A DNA stretch of 64,000 nt from an uncultured Candidatus Rokubacteria bacterium (GTDB taxonomy: Bacteria > Methylomirabilota > Methylomirabilia > Rokubacteriales > DASRDR01), in contig CAWDVE010000017.1 of assembly GCA_963805625.1 (NCBI GenBank), positions 921,912 through 985,911 of the forward strand. The letters are read 5' to 3'. Both the position numbers and the translations under genes were made by a program. Positions 20,204 to 29,534 of the stretch are shown one piece after another (within the stretch, counting starts at the first letter, position 1; every line of letters starts with the position of its first letter). The notes under the pieces were generated by a model that searched no databases, was not told the DNA's origin, and worked only from the letters and a program-made list of their open reading frames with translations.

Positions 20204-21378
20204 ACCCCGGCGCCCCGGGAGCGACGAGAGGGCTCGCCCCGCTTTCCCTCCTCACGGCTCTCGCGTTCCTCGTCCAGGTCGACGTCCGCATGATGACGCC
20301 CCTCCTGCCGACGATCGCGCACTCGCTCGGGACGAGCGTGACCGCGATGGGTCTGGCGATGATGCTCTACATGCTGCCGTACGGTCTCTGCCAGTTCTTC
20401 TACGGCCCGCTGGGCGACCGGCTGGGGGCAATCCGGGTCGTCCGGGGTGCGGCGATCGGCTTCGGCGTGGGGACGCTCCTGACGGGCCAGGCCCACCACA
20501 TCGCCGTGCTCGACGCGGGGCGGTTCGTCACGGGAGTCTTCGCGGCGGCGGTGGTCCCTCTCACGTTCGCTTACATCGGCGCGACCGTGCCCTACGCGGA
20601 GCGCCAGGGAACGCTCGGGCGGTTCGCCGCCGTGACCTCGCTCGCCCAGAGTCTCTCAGCGGCGATCGGGGGAACGGTGGCCCACTTCGTGTCCTGGCGG
20701 GTCCTGTACGTCGGCGTGGGATGCCTGTCGCTCGTTCCGGCGGTCCTTCTCTTCCGCACGGACACTCGCCACGCGCCCCCGGGCGTCACCGGCGGCGGGC
20801 TCCACTACGGCCTCGTCCTCCGCCGGCGCGCGGCGCGGATCCTCTACGGGATCGTGGGCTTCGAGGGGGTGTTCCTGTGGGGCGGCTTCACGTACCTCGG
20901 GGCGGTCGCGGTGGCGCGGTTCGGGCTCAACGAGCTCGAGGTGGGTCTGCTGCTCGCGTGTTACGGCGTCGCGACGCTCGTCGGTGGAGTCTCGCTGGTG
21001 CGAATCCGGACCCGTCTGCCCGAGCGCTACCTGGCCGCGCTCGGCGGCGGGCTGAAGGGCGGCGCCTATCTGCTGATGAGCGCCAGCGGGTCCCTCGTGC
21101 TCTTCGCGGTCGCGATCGTGATGCTCGGATTCGGCTACATCGCGCTCCACACGACGCTCCAGACCCGCGCGACCGAGCTGGCGCCGGAGGCGCGCGGCAC
21201 GGCGGTGGCGCTGTTCGCGTTCTTCCTCTTCCTGGGCGGCGCGCTCGGGTCCGCGATCTTCGGCCCGCTCGTGGACCACGGGTGGCACCGGCTCTTCCTC
21301 ATGATCTGCGGACTGAGCTTGCTAGTGCTGGGAGCGCTCGCCGTCCGCCTGCTCGGGGCCTCGCCCGTCGACGTGTGA
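20200..21378 (+). CDS. MFS transporter
   Basis: YGPLGDRLG motif A, about 12 TM segments, ARGTAVALF. Confidence 0.88.
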   Translation: MNPGAPGATRGLAPLSLLTALAFLVQVDVRMMTPLLPTIAHSLGTSVTAMGLAMMLYMLPYGLCQFFYGPLGDRLGAIRVVRGAAIGFGVGTLLTGQAHHIAVLDAGRFVTGVFAAAVVPLTFAYIGATVPYAERQGTLGRFAAVTSLAQSLSAAIGGTVAHFVSWRVLYVGVGCLSLVPAVLLFRTDTRHAPPGVTGGGLHYGLVLRRRAARILYGIVGFEGVFLWGGFTYLGAVAVARFGLNELEVGLLLACYGVATLVGGVSLVRIRTRLPERYLAALGGGLKGGAYLLMSASGSLVLFAVAIVMLGFGYIALHTTLQTRATELAPEARGTAVALFAFFLFLGGALGSAIFGPLVDHGWHRLFLMICGLSLLVLGALAVRLLGASPVDV

Positions 21379-21418
21379 CCCGCCCCGGCGGCGGTATGCG
21401 GTCCTCCGCTGACGGGGC

Positions 21419-23161
21419 TCAGGGGCCCGGGCGCCGGGCGCTCGCCGCGCGCGTCACCAAGAAGTCGAAGTCGCAGCCCTCGGGCGCCTGGAGGACGCGC
21501 TCGCCGAACAGCCGCCGGTAGCCCCGGGCCGGCAGGGAGGTCGGCGCCCGCCACGCCGCGCGGCGACGCGCGAGCTCGGCGTCGGTCACGAGGAGATCGA
21601 GGCGGCGGGCCTCCGTGTCGAGCAGGATCTCGTCCCCGTCTCGCACGTGCGCCAGCGGGCCGCCCACCGCCGCTTCGGGCGCTACGTGGAGCACCACGGT
21701 CCCACCGGCGGTCCCGCTCATCCGTGCGTCCGAGACGCGCACCATGTCCCGAACTCCGGCCGCGAGTAGCTTCTTCGGGATCGGAAGCGAGCCCGCCTCG
21801 GGCATCCCGGGTCCGCCCACGGGGCCGGCGTTCTGGAGCACGAGGACGCTCGCCGGCGTGACGGGAAGGGCCGGGTCGTCGACCCGGGTCGCGAGGTCGG
21901 CGAGGTCGCGGAAGACGCAGGCGGGGCCGCGGTGCCAGAGGAGAGCCGGGGTGGCGGCCGACACCTTGAGCACCGCGCCGTCGGGCGCGAGGCTCCCGCG
22001 GAGGATGGCGAGCCCGCCCTCTGCCTTGAACGGTCGGTCGAGCGTCGTGACCACGTCCTGCCAGCCGCCGGGGACCGGCACGTTCTCCAGCGTGGCGCCG
22101 AGCGATCGCCCCGTCACCGTCGGCGCGTCCAGGTGGAGGAGCGGGGCAAGCGCCTTCATCACCGCCGGGATGCCGCCCGCCTCGGCAAGGTCTTCCATGT
22201 GGAATTTCCCCGACGGCCGGATGCTCGCCACCATGGGCGTGGTGCGGGCGAACCGGTCGAAGTCGTCGAGCCCGAGGGGGACGCCGGCCCGTCCGGCGAT
22301 CGCCGGCAGGTGGACGACAGCGTTCGTCGAGCCGCCGATCGCCATGAGGACCCGCACGGCGTTCTCGAACGCCGCGCGGGTGAGGATCCGCGAGGGCCGG
22401 AGGTCCTCCCGCGCCATCTCGACGATCCGCCGGCCGACCGCTTCCGCCAGGCGCAGGCGGCGGGAGAGCGGAGCGGGAATGGCCGCCATGCCTGGAAGCG
22501 TCATTCCCAGGGCTTCTGTCATCGCCGCCATCGTGCTGGCGGTCCCCATGACCATGCACGTGCCAGTCGAGGGGAACAGCTCGCCCTGGATTGCCTCCAT
22601 GCGAAGCGCGTCGATCTCTCCCGCACGGTGTTCGGTCCAGAGCCGGCGGCAATCCGTGCACGCCCCGAGCCGCATCCCCTCGTAGCGGCCGGTGAGCATG
22701 GGGCCCGCCGTCACGACGATCGCCGGCCGATCCGCGCTCGCCGCGCCCATCAGCTGGGCCGGCAAGGTCTTGTCGCAGCCGCCCAGCAGCACCACCCCGT
22801 CCATCGGCTGGCCGAGGATCATCTCCTCCGTGTCCATCGCCATGAGGTTTCGGAACAGCATGCTCGTCGGCGACAGGAAGATCTCCCCCAGCGAGATCGT
22901 CGGAAACTCGAGGGGTAGGCCGCCCGCCTGCCACACGCCCCGCTTCACGGCCTCGGCAACCTCCCGCAGGTGACGGTGGCACGGATTGAACTCGCTCCAC
23001 GTCTGGGCAAGACCGATGACGGGGCGCGAGAGATCCTCCCCGGTGAGACCCATCCCGCGGGCGAAGGCGCCCCGGACGAACATGCTGAACTCGGGATCGC
23101 CGTAGTTCGTCAGGCCGCGGCGGACACCGGTCGGCGGGGCGGGCTCCTGGGCATCGGACAT
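21419..23161 (-). CDS. IlvD/Edd-family dehydratase (likely a sugar-acid dehydratase)
   Basis: FNPCH, RNLMAM, GGCDKT, CMVMGTASTM, GGSTN, SDARMSGT; AAGGAG SD. Confidence 0.9.
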   Translation of the reverse strand: MSDAQEPAPPTGVRRGLTNYGDPEFSMFVRGAFARGMGLTGEDLSRPVIGLAQTWSEFNPCHRHLREVAEAVKRGVWQAGGLPLEFPTISLGEIFLSPTSMLFRNLMAMDTEEMILGQPMDGVVLLGGCDKTLPAQLMGAASADRPAIVVTAGPMLTGRYEGMRLGACTDCRRLWTEHRAGEIDALRMEAIQGELFPSTGTCMVMGTASTMAAMTEALGMTLPGMAAIPAPLSRRLRLAEAVGRRIVEMAREDLRPSRILTRAAFENAVRVLMAIGGSTNAVVHLPAIAGRAGVPLGLDDFDRFARTTPMVASIRPSGKFHMEDLAEAGGIPAVMKALAPLLHLDAPTVTGRSLGATLENVPVPGGWQDVVTTLDRPFKAEGGLAILRGSLAPDGAVLKVSAATPALLWHRGPACVFRDLADLATRVDDPALPVTPASVLVLQNAGPVGGPGMPEAGSLPIPKKLLAAGVRDMVRVSDARMSGTAGGTVVLHVAPEAAVGGPLAHVRDGDEILLDTEARRLDLLVTDAELARRRAAWRAPTSLPARGYRRLFGERVLQAPEGCDFDFLVTRAASARRPGP

Positions 23162-23179
23162 GGGCGACGCTCCTTTTAC

Positions 23180-23306
23180 CCGGCCGGCGCCCCTCGCGCC
23201 TGTGGCGCTCGTGACGCGGCGGCCTCTGGTCATCCGGCCGGCGCGCCTCGCCCCTGGCTTGTGTCAACGGCCTTCGGCCTGTGGCGTGACGCGGCGACCT
23301 CTGGTC
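23180..23306. repeat. Imperfect A-B-A'-B' direct duplication in the divergent intergenic region
   Basis: CCGGCCGGCGC(C/G)CCTCGC at 23180 and 23234; GCCTGTGGCG..TGACGCGGCG(G/A)CCTCTGGTC at 23198 and 23277. Confidence 0.7.
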
Positions 23307-23360
23307 CGCCGGTCCGGCGGTGCGGCGATGATACCGCCGACCGGGGTAAGATAGCGGACG

Positions 23361-25772
23361 GTGGAGGCCCCCACGTTGCGTTCCCGGCTGACCGACGAGG
23401 AGCGCCGGCTCCTGCTGAGCATCCAGGACCGGCTGCTCTGGCTCACCACCAACACCATCCACCACGCGAACAGCCGGCGGGCGAACCCGTCGCCGGAGCG
23501 GGTGGGTGGCCACCAGTCGAGCTCGACGTCCTCGCTCACGCTCCTGACCGCCCTCTACTTCAAGCTCCTGCGCCCGGGCGACCGGATCGCGGTCAAGCCC
23601 ACGGCGGCGCCCGTGTTCTACGCGATCCAGGTCCTGCGGGGACTACTGCCGCCCGAGGGCCTCCGCGCGTACCGGTCACTGGGCGGCCTCCAAGCGTACC
23701 CGAGCCGCGTGAAGAACCCGGACTGGTTCGACTTCTCGACGGGATCCATGGGCCTGGGCGCGGTGGCGCCCGCGTTCGCGGCGCTCATGGACCGGTACCT
23801 GCGCGACCGCTTCGGCGGGTCCGGCGACGCGGAGCCGGGCCAGGTGCCCGCGGCCGGGCGCTCGCGGAACATCGCGCTCGTGGGCGACGCCGAGCTGGAC
23901 GAGGGGAGCGTCTGGGAGGCCTGGACCGAGGAGGCGATGGCCGACCTTGCCGGCCACGTGGTCGTGGTCGACCTGAACCGCCAGAGCCTCGACCGGGTCG
24001 TGGGCGACCATCGGAGCCGGCAACTCGAGCGCCTCTTCCGGGCGCTCGGCTGGCACGTCATTACGCTTCGCTTCGGCCGCCGTCTCGCGGCGCTCTTCGC
24101 CGAGCACGGCGGCGACTGGCTCCGCGGCCGGCTCGAGGCCATGGAGAACCTCGAGTACCACGCGCTTCTCCGGCTCCCGCCCGCCGCCGCGCGGAAGGCG
24201 CTCGGGGAGGGCGCTCCTGCGGACACAGTCGCGCGGCTCGAGGCGCTCGGCGACGCGGAGGTCGCCACGCTGCTCGCCGACCTGGGCGGTCACGACCTGG
24301 ACGCGATCGTCGACGCGTTCGCGGAAGCAGACGAGGTGGCCGATCGGCCGGCGGCGATCCTGGCGTGGACCCTCAAGGGGTGGCGCTTGCCCTTCGCCGG
24401 GGACCCGCTGAACCACGGGGCGCAGCTCACCGGCGAGCAGCTGGCCGCGCTGCGCCGCGAGCTCGGCGTCGCCGAGGACGACGAGTGGGCGCCGTTCCCG
24501 CCCGGCAGCCCCGAGGGCCGCTACGTGCGGCGCATTATGGGCGAGGGCATCGGCCTCCCGCGGCGCTATCGTCCTCCGCCGCCCGCGCTCATCCCCGATC
24601 GGCTCGACCTTCCGACTCGGCCGACGACGTCGACGCAGGAGTCCTTCGGCGACGTCCTGGCCGCCCTCGGCCGGCAGCCAGGCCTCGACTCCGCCCTGGT
24701 CACCGTGTCCGCCGACGTGACGACCACGACGCATCTGTCCGGGTGGGTCAACCGGCGCGGCGTCTACGCAACGCGCGAGCGGGACGACGCCTTCGAACGC
24801 CACGGGCTCCGACCCCTCATTCGCTGGAAGGAATCGCCTGCCGGCCAGCACCTCGAGCTGGGGATCGGAGAGGCGTCGTTCTTCGTCCTCCTGTCCGTCC
24901 TGGGTCTGGCCCCCGAGCTCTCCGGCCGCCGGCTCCTACCGATCGGCACGCTCTACGACTGCTTCCTGCCGCGCGGTCTCGATCCCCTCTTGCACGCCAC
25001 GTACTCGAAGGCGCGCTTCATCCTCGTCGCCAGCCCCTCCGGCATCAGCCTCGCCCCAGAGGGAGGCGCCCATCAGTCGCTGCTGACCCCGGCGTTGGGG
25101 ATCGAGGTTCCGAATCTCCTCGCCTACGAGCCCACGTTCGCTCGGGAGGTGGAGTGGCTCCTCCTGGAAGCCCTCCGGGTGATCCAGGACCCCGAGCGCG
25201 GCGAGGCGGTGTACCTCCGGCTCTCGACCAAGACCGTCGACCAGGCGCTCCTCCAGCCGGCCCTCGACCGTCTGGGCGAAGAGGCGCTGCGCGCCCAGAT
25301 TCTGAGGGGCGGATATCGCCTGGTCGACCGTTCGGCGGAGCCCGGATACGAGCCCGGCGCGAACGTCGTGACCCTGGTCGCGGCGGGCGTGATGGTGCCG
25401 GAGGCCGTCGAGGCCAGCCGGCAGCTGGCGGCCGACGGGATCCATGCCAACGTCGTGGCGCTGACGAGCCCGCGCGCCTGCTATGCCGAGTGGCGCCGCC
25501 AGGTGGACGCGCTGGTACAGGGGCGGGCGCCCGCCCGGATGTGGGTCCGGGAGCTGTTCCCGGCCGAGGACCTCGAGGGCGAGGTTCCGGTGGTGAGCGT
25601 CCTGGACGGCCACTCCCACGCGCTCGCGTGGCTGGGGACCGTGCTGGGCGTTCCCCACGTGCCGCTGGGCGTCGACGCCTTCGGTCAGTCCGGAGCCCGC
25701 GCCGATCTCTACCGTCACTACAGCATCGACCCCGACGCGATCGCACGAGCGGCCCGCGTCCTTTTGGTGTAG
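23361..25772 (+). CDS. Homodimeric AceE/transketolase-like TPP enzyme (pyruvate dehydrogenase E1-like)
   Basis: VGGHQ, LQAYPS, FSTGSMGLG, GDAELDEG..DLNRQSLD, ELGIGE, PEGGAHQS, FGQSG. Confidence 0.88.
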   Translation: MEAPTLRSRLTDEERRLLLSIQDRLLWLTTNTIHHANSRRANPSPERVGGHQSSSTSSLTLLTALYFKLLRPGDRIAVKPTAAPVFYAIQVLRGLLPPEGLRAYRSLGGLQAYPSRVKNPDWFDFSTGSMGLGAVAPAFAALMDRYLRDRFGGSGDAEPGQVPAAGRSRNIALVGDAELDEGSVWEAWTEEAMADLAGHVVVVDLNRQSLDRVVGDHRSRQLERLFRALGWHVITLRFGRRLAALFAEHGGDWLRGRLEAMENLEYHALLRLPPAAARKALGEGAPADTVARLEALGDAEVATLLADLGGHDLDAIVDAFAEADEVADRPAAILAWTLKGWRLPFAGDPLNHGAQLTGEQLAALRRELGVAEDDEWAPFPPGSPEGRYVRRIMGEGIGLPRRYRPPPPALIPDRLDLPTRPTTSTQESFGDVLAALGRQPGLDSALVTVSADVTTTTHLSGWVNRRGVYATRERDDAFERHGLRPLIRWKESPAGQHLELGIGEASFFVLLSVLGLAPELSGRRLLPIGTLYDCFLPRGLDPLLHATYSKARFILVASPSGISLAPEGGAHQSLLTPALGIEVPNLLAYEPTFAREVEWLLLEALRVIQDPERGEAVYLRLSTKTVDQALLQPALDRLGEEALRAQILRGGYRLVDRSAEPGYEPGANVVTLVAAGVMVPEAVEASRQLAADGIHANVVALTSPRACYAEWRRQVDALVQGRAPARMWVRELFPAEDLEGEVPVVSVLDGHSHALAWLGTVLGVPHVPLGVDAFGQSGARADLYRHYSIDPDAIARAARVLLV

Positions 25773-25933
25773 TGGAGCGTTCCGCCCGTTCGTAAGGCTT
25801 GACAGCCTGCGAGCCTCGGGCTCTAGTAGGGAGAACCCTGCGACCGTCGCACCCACGGACCAGAAGCTCTCGTGTCGGCGTCGGCGCGCGGTGGTGGGGC
25901 AGCCCGGCGCCCAGCCCCAAGGAGGCGCGACAC

Positions 25934-26479
25934 ATGGCACTGTTCGGACAGCAGTCCCGCAAGGACGAACCGGTTTCGAAGTCCGAGCCCCTTCCGAAAC
26001 CCGAGCCCAGAGTCGAGCCGCCATCGGCGCCGGTCATCCCGCCGGCTCCTGTCGTGACGGCGACCACGCGACGCGTAGAGGAGGTGCCGATGTCGATGAC
26101 CACGCCCAAGGGTTCCGAGTCGATCCTCTCCGCGGGCCTCACGATCGAGGGGAAGATCGAGGGCAACGGCAACATCCGCGTCGCCGGACGCTTCAAGGGA
26201 AATGTCAACGTCAAGGGCGAGCTGACGATCGAGCCCGGCGCGTCCATCGACGGCGAGGTCAAGGCTGACACCGTGCTGGTCGGCGGCGAGGTCCGCGGTC
26301 ACCTCATCGCGAACTCGCGGGTCGAGTTCAAGGAGTCCGGCACGCTGATCGGCGACCTCAAGGCGGGGAGCCTCACGGTGGCGGCCGGATCGAAGATGCG
26401 CGGGAAGGTCGAGTTCGGCTGGAAGGAAGGGGAAGTCGAAGCCCTCCACCCTCCCGAGCCGAAGACGCCCTCGCACTAG
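25934..26479 (+). CDS. Bactofilin (polymer-forming cytoskeletal protein) with Pro-rich N-terminal tail
   Basis: SILSAGLTIEGKIEG..GRFKGNV..GEVKA..GDLKAGSLTVAAG beta-helix repeats; AAGGAGG SD. Confidence 0.88.
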   Translation: MALFGQQSRKDEPVSKSEPLPKPEPRVEPPSAPVIPPAPVVTATTRRVEEVPMSMTTPKGSESILSAGLTIEGKIEGNGNIRVAGRFKGNVNVKGELTIEPGASIDGEVKADTVLVGGEVRGHLIANSRVEFKESGTLIGDLKAGSLTVAAGSKMRGKVEFGWKEGEVEALHPPEPKTPSH

Positions 26480-26488
26480 GTCTCGCTG

Positions 26489-26833
26489 ATGACAGGCGAG
26501 GCATGGAACTGTCCGCACTGCGGGGAGCGCATCCTCCGGAGCGCGCCCACGTGCCCCGCCTGCCTGCGGCACCTGCGGTTCGATGCCGTCGCGGTCGCGC
26601 GGCCGGCGCGCGCTGCGGTTTGCCCGCTGACGGTGGACGGCACGATCCGGCATCCCGGTAGCGAGGCGCCCTGGGAATACTCGGTGCTGATCGAGGTCCA
26701 TGACGAGCGCGATGAGATGGTCGCGCGTCGAGTCGTGGGGGTGGGCGCCCTCCGGCCCGGCGAGGTCCGGAAGTTCACCCTGCGCGTCGAGGTGCTGGTC
26801 CCAGAATCCTCACGGCTGACCGCGGCGTCCTGA
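26489..26833 (+). CDS. Zinc-ribbon protein with a C-terminal beta-rich domain
   Basis: CPHC-x10-CPAC followed by an alternating beta-strand pattern. Confidence 0.75.
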   Translation: MTGEAWNCPHCGERILRSAPTCPACLRHLRFDAVAVARPARAAVCPLTVDGTIRHPGSEAPWEYSVLIEVHDERDEMVARRVVGVGALRPGEVRKFTLRVEVLVPESSRLTAAS

Positions 26834-26889
26834 GCGCCACAGGCCGTGCCCGCCGGCCCGGTCCGGCGCGAGCCGGCACGGGAGGATCG

Positions 26890-28503
26890 ATGATGATCCG
26901 TGTCCTGCGTCTCGCTGTGGTCGGTAGCGCCGCGCTGGTGCTCGCCGCCACCGTCGCCGCGCCTGTCCCGGCGCACGCGGCCAAGTCCGGCGGGGTCCTG
27001 ACCCTGACCCTGCGGGAGGACCTGCCTCAGGGCTTTGCCGTCCACGAGACGTCCACCATCTCCACGGTCTGGCCGGCGATGCCCTGTCTCAACAACTTGG
27101 TGCTCTTCGATCCCCTGAAGGCCACCGAAGGCGCGGACACCGTCATCGGGGAGTTGGCCGAGAAGTGGTCCTGGCAGGACGGCTACCGGAACCTCGTGTT
27201 TTTCCTCCGGAAGGACGTGAAGTGGCACGACGGCAAGCCGTTCACCTCGAAGGACGTGAAGTACACCTTCGACATCGTGCGTGAGGCGCCAGACTCGCCG
27301 GTGAAGCTCCGCATCAATCCGCGGAACGACTGGTACTCGAATGTGGAGGCCGTAGAGACTGCGGATCCCCACACGGTCATCTTCCGGCTGAAGCGACCCC
27401 AGCCGTCGCTCCTCCTGATGCTCGCCTCCGGCTACTCGCCCGTATACGCGGCGCACGTGCCGGCCGCCAGCTATCGCACCGGCTGCATCGGGACCGGACC
27501 GTTCAAGGTCAAGGAGTGGCGGAAGGGCGAGTTCCTGGAGTACGTCAGGAATCCCGACTACTTCGTGAAGGGCCGGCCCCATCTCAACGGGCTCAAGTAT
27601 GTGGTGATCAAGGAGCCGGGCACCCGGATCGCGGCGCTCCAGACGGGCCAGGTCGACGTGTCGTTCCCGAACGAGGTGTCCAAGACGAATGCCGAGCAGC
27701 TCAAGGCGGCCGTCCCCAAGCTGGTCGTTACCCCCTACAGCACGAACGTCAACGACAACATCATCATGAACATCAAGAAGCCTCCCTTCGACAACGTGAA
27801 GGTGCGGCGCGCCGTCAGCCATGGCATCGACCGGCGTGCGCTCATCCAGGCCGTGCATCAGGGCGGCGGGCTCGTCGGGGCGGCGATGGCGCCGAAGCCT
27901 TACGGCATCTGGGGGCTCCTCGAGAGTGACCTCAACGCGCAGCCCGGCTACGGCAAGCCCGCGGACGAGAAGGCCAAGGCCCGGAAGCTGCTCGGGGAGG
28001 CTGGGTACTCGCCGCAGAGCTCACTCAAGGTCGAGATGGTGACGCGCAACATCGCCATCTACGTCACCATGGCGTCGTTCGTGATCAGCGAGCTGAAGCA
28101 GATCGGGATCGAGACGACACTCAAGCAGATCGAGACGGCACAGTGGCACGCGACGGCGACGCGGGGAGACTATCAGCTCGGTGCGAATCTCACCGGCATC
28201 GGGCCAGACGATCCGGATGCTAACTTCTACGAGAACTTCGCCTGCGGCTCGCCACGGAACTACAGCTTCTACTGCAACGAGCAGGTGATGGCGCAGATCC
28301 ACCAGCAATCGCAGGAACTGGACCCGAAGAAGCGCCTGGCCCAGGTGCAGGGGATCCAGAAGAAACTCGAGGAGGAGGCGGCGCGGCCGCTCCTGGACTG
28401 GCGGCTCGACTATTTCACGGTCTGGCCGCACGTCAAGGACCTGATCCCGCACCAGTCGATCTACAACTTCGGGCGCATGCAGGAGGTGTGGATCGACAAG
28501 TAG
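26890..28503 (+). CDS. ABC transporter substrate-binding protein, family 5
   Basis: Signal peptide, ELAEKW, LRKDVKWHDG, GTGPFK, PPFDNVKVRRA. Confidence 0.92.
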   Translation: MMIRVLRLAVVGSAALVLAATVAAPVPAHAAKSGGVLTLTLREDLPQGFAVHETSTISTVWPAMPCLNNLVLFDPLKATEGADTVIGELAEKWSWQDGYRNLVFFLRKDVKWHDGKPFTSKDVKYTFDIVREAPDSPVKLRINPRNDWYSNVEAVETADPHTVIFRLKRPQPSLLLMLASGYSPVYAAHVPAASYRTGCIGTGPFKVKEWRKGEFLEYVRNPDYFVKGRPHLNGLKYVVIKEPGTRIAALQTGQVDVSFPNEVSKTNAEQLKAAVPKLVVTPYSTNVNDNIIMNIKKPPFDNVKVRRAVSHGIDRRALIQAVHQGGGLVGAAMAPKPYGIWGLLESDLNAQPGYGKPADEKAKARKLLGEAGYSPQSSLKVEMVTRNIAIYVTMASFVISELKQIGIETTLKQIETAQWHATATRGDYQLGANLTGIGPDDPDANFYENFACGSPRNYSFYCNEQVMAQIHQQSQELDPKKRLAQVQGIQKKLEEEAARPLLDWRLDYFTVWPHVKDLIPHQSIYNFGRMQEVWIDK

Positions 28504-28531
28504 GCGCGAAGGGAGCCGGATATGGCGACCG

Positions 28532-28563
28532 GACGCAGGGGAGGCGAGAGCCTCCTCTGCGTT
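28532..28563 (+). promoter_or_regulatory. Strong GAGA-tetraloop hairpin between binding-protein and permease genes
   Basis: GACGCAGGGGAGGC-GAGA-GCCTCCTCTGCGTT, 14-bp stem including G-U pairs. Confidence 0.65.
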
Positions 28564-28580
28564 GCGTTCCGGGGCCACCG

Positions 28581-29534
28581 GTGAAGACGTACTTTCTCCG
28601 ACGGATCGCTATCGCGCTCCTCACCCTCCTCGGCATGTCGGTCGTGATCTTTGGGCTCCTCCGGCTCGCGCCGGGGGATATCGTCGACATCCTCTTCGCC
28701 GCCGCCGGCTACGTCGACGACACGCAGAAGGAGGCGATCCTCAAGGAGCTGGGAATGGACCGGCCGTACTGGGTCCAGTACCTCGAGTGGCTTTGGCAGA
28801 TCGTGACCGGGGATCTCGGGAAGTCATACCGTTACGAGTTGCCTGCGTGGCAGCTCATCAAGCCGCTCCTGCCGGTCACGCTCGAGCTGGCGGTCCTGGC
28901 GATCGTGATCTCGGTGCTCCTCGGGATACCGACTGGGGTGATCAGCGCGGTCCGCCAGGATTCCGGTCTCGACTACGTGCTCCGGGTACTGAGCCTCGCC
29001 GGACTCTCGATGCCGTCCTTCTGGCTCGCGATGGTGATCATCCTGGGATGCGTGGCCTGGCTGGGCTGGATCCCGCCCATGATGTACGTCGGCCCCACGG
29101 AGAACTTACGGCTGCACACGCTCCAGTTCCTGCTGCCCGCGCTGGCGGTGGGGTACCGGTCGTCGGCCCTGATCATGCGCATCACCCGGTCCGCACTCCT
29201 CGAGGTACTCCGGGAGGACTACATCCGCACCGCCCGGGCGAAGGGCCAGACGACCCGGGTGGTGGTCTGGCGGCATGCGTTGAGGAACGCGATGTTGCCG
29301 GTGGTCACGGTGATCGGGATCGAATTCGCCTTCATGATCGGCGGCCTCGTGGTCACCGAAACGGTGTTCAACCTGCCGGGCGTGGCGCGCTTCCTGGTCG
29401 AGGCGATCCAGTGGCGGGACTACCCGATGGTGCAGAACCTGGTGATGTTCATCGCCATCGTCGTCATCCTGTCGAACCTGGCGGTGGACCTTCTCTACGG
29501 CGTCCTGGATCCGCGTGTGCGCTATGGGGACTAG
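28581..29534 (+). CDS. ABC permease, DppB type
   Basis: YFLRR, PGD, GDLGKS, EDYIRTARAKG, RDYPMVQ. Confidence 0.92.
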   Translation: MKTYFLRRIAIALLTLLGMSVVIFGLLRLAPGDIVDILFAAAGYVDDTQKEAILKELGMDRPYWVQYLEWLWQIVTGDLGKSYRYELPAWQLIKPLLPVTLELAVLAIVISVLLGIPTGVISAVRQDSGLDYVLRVLSLAGLSMPSFWLAMVIILGCVAWLGWIPPMMYVGPTENLRLHTLQFLLPALAVGYRSSALIMRITRSALLEVLREDYIRTARAKGQTTRVVVWRHALRNAMLPVVTVIGIEFAFMIGGLVVTETVFNLPGVARFLVEAIQWRDYPMVQNLVMFIAIVVILSNLAVDLLYGVLDPRVRYGD

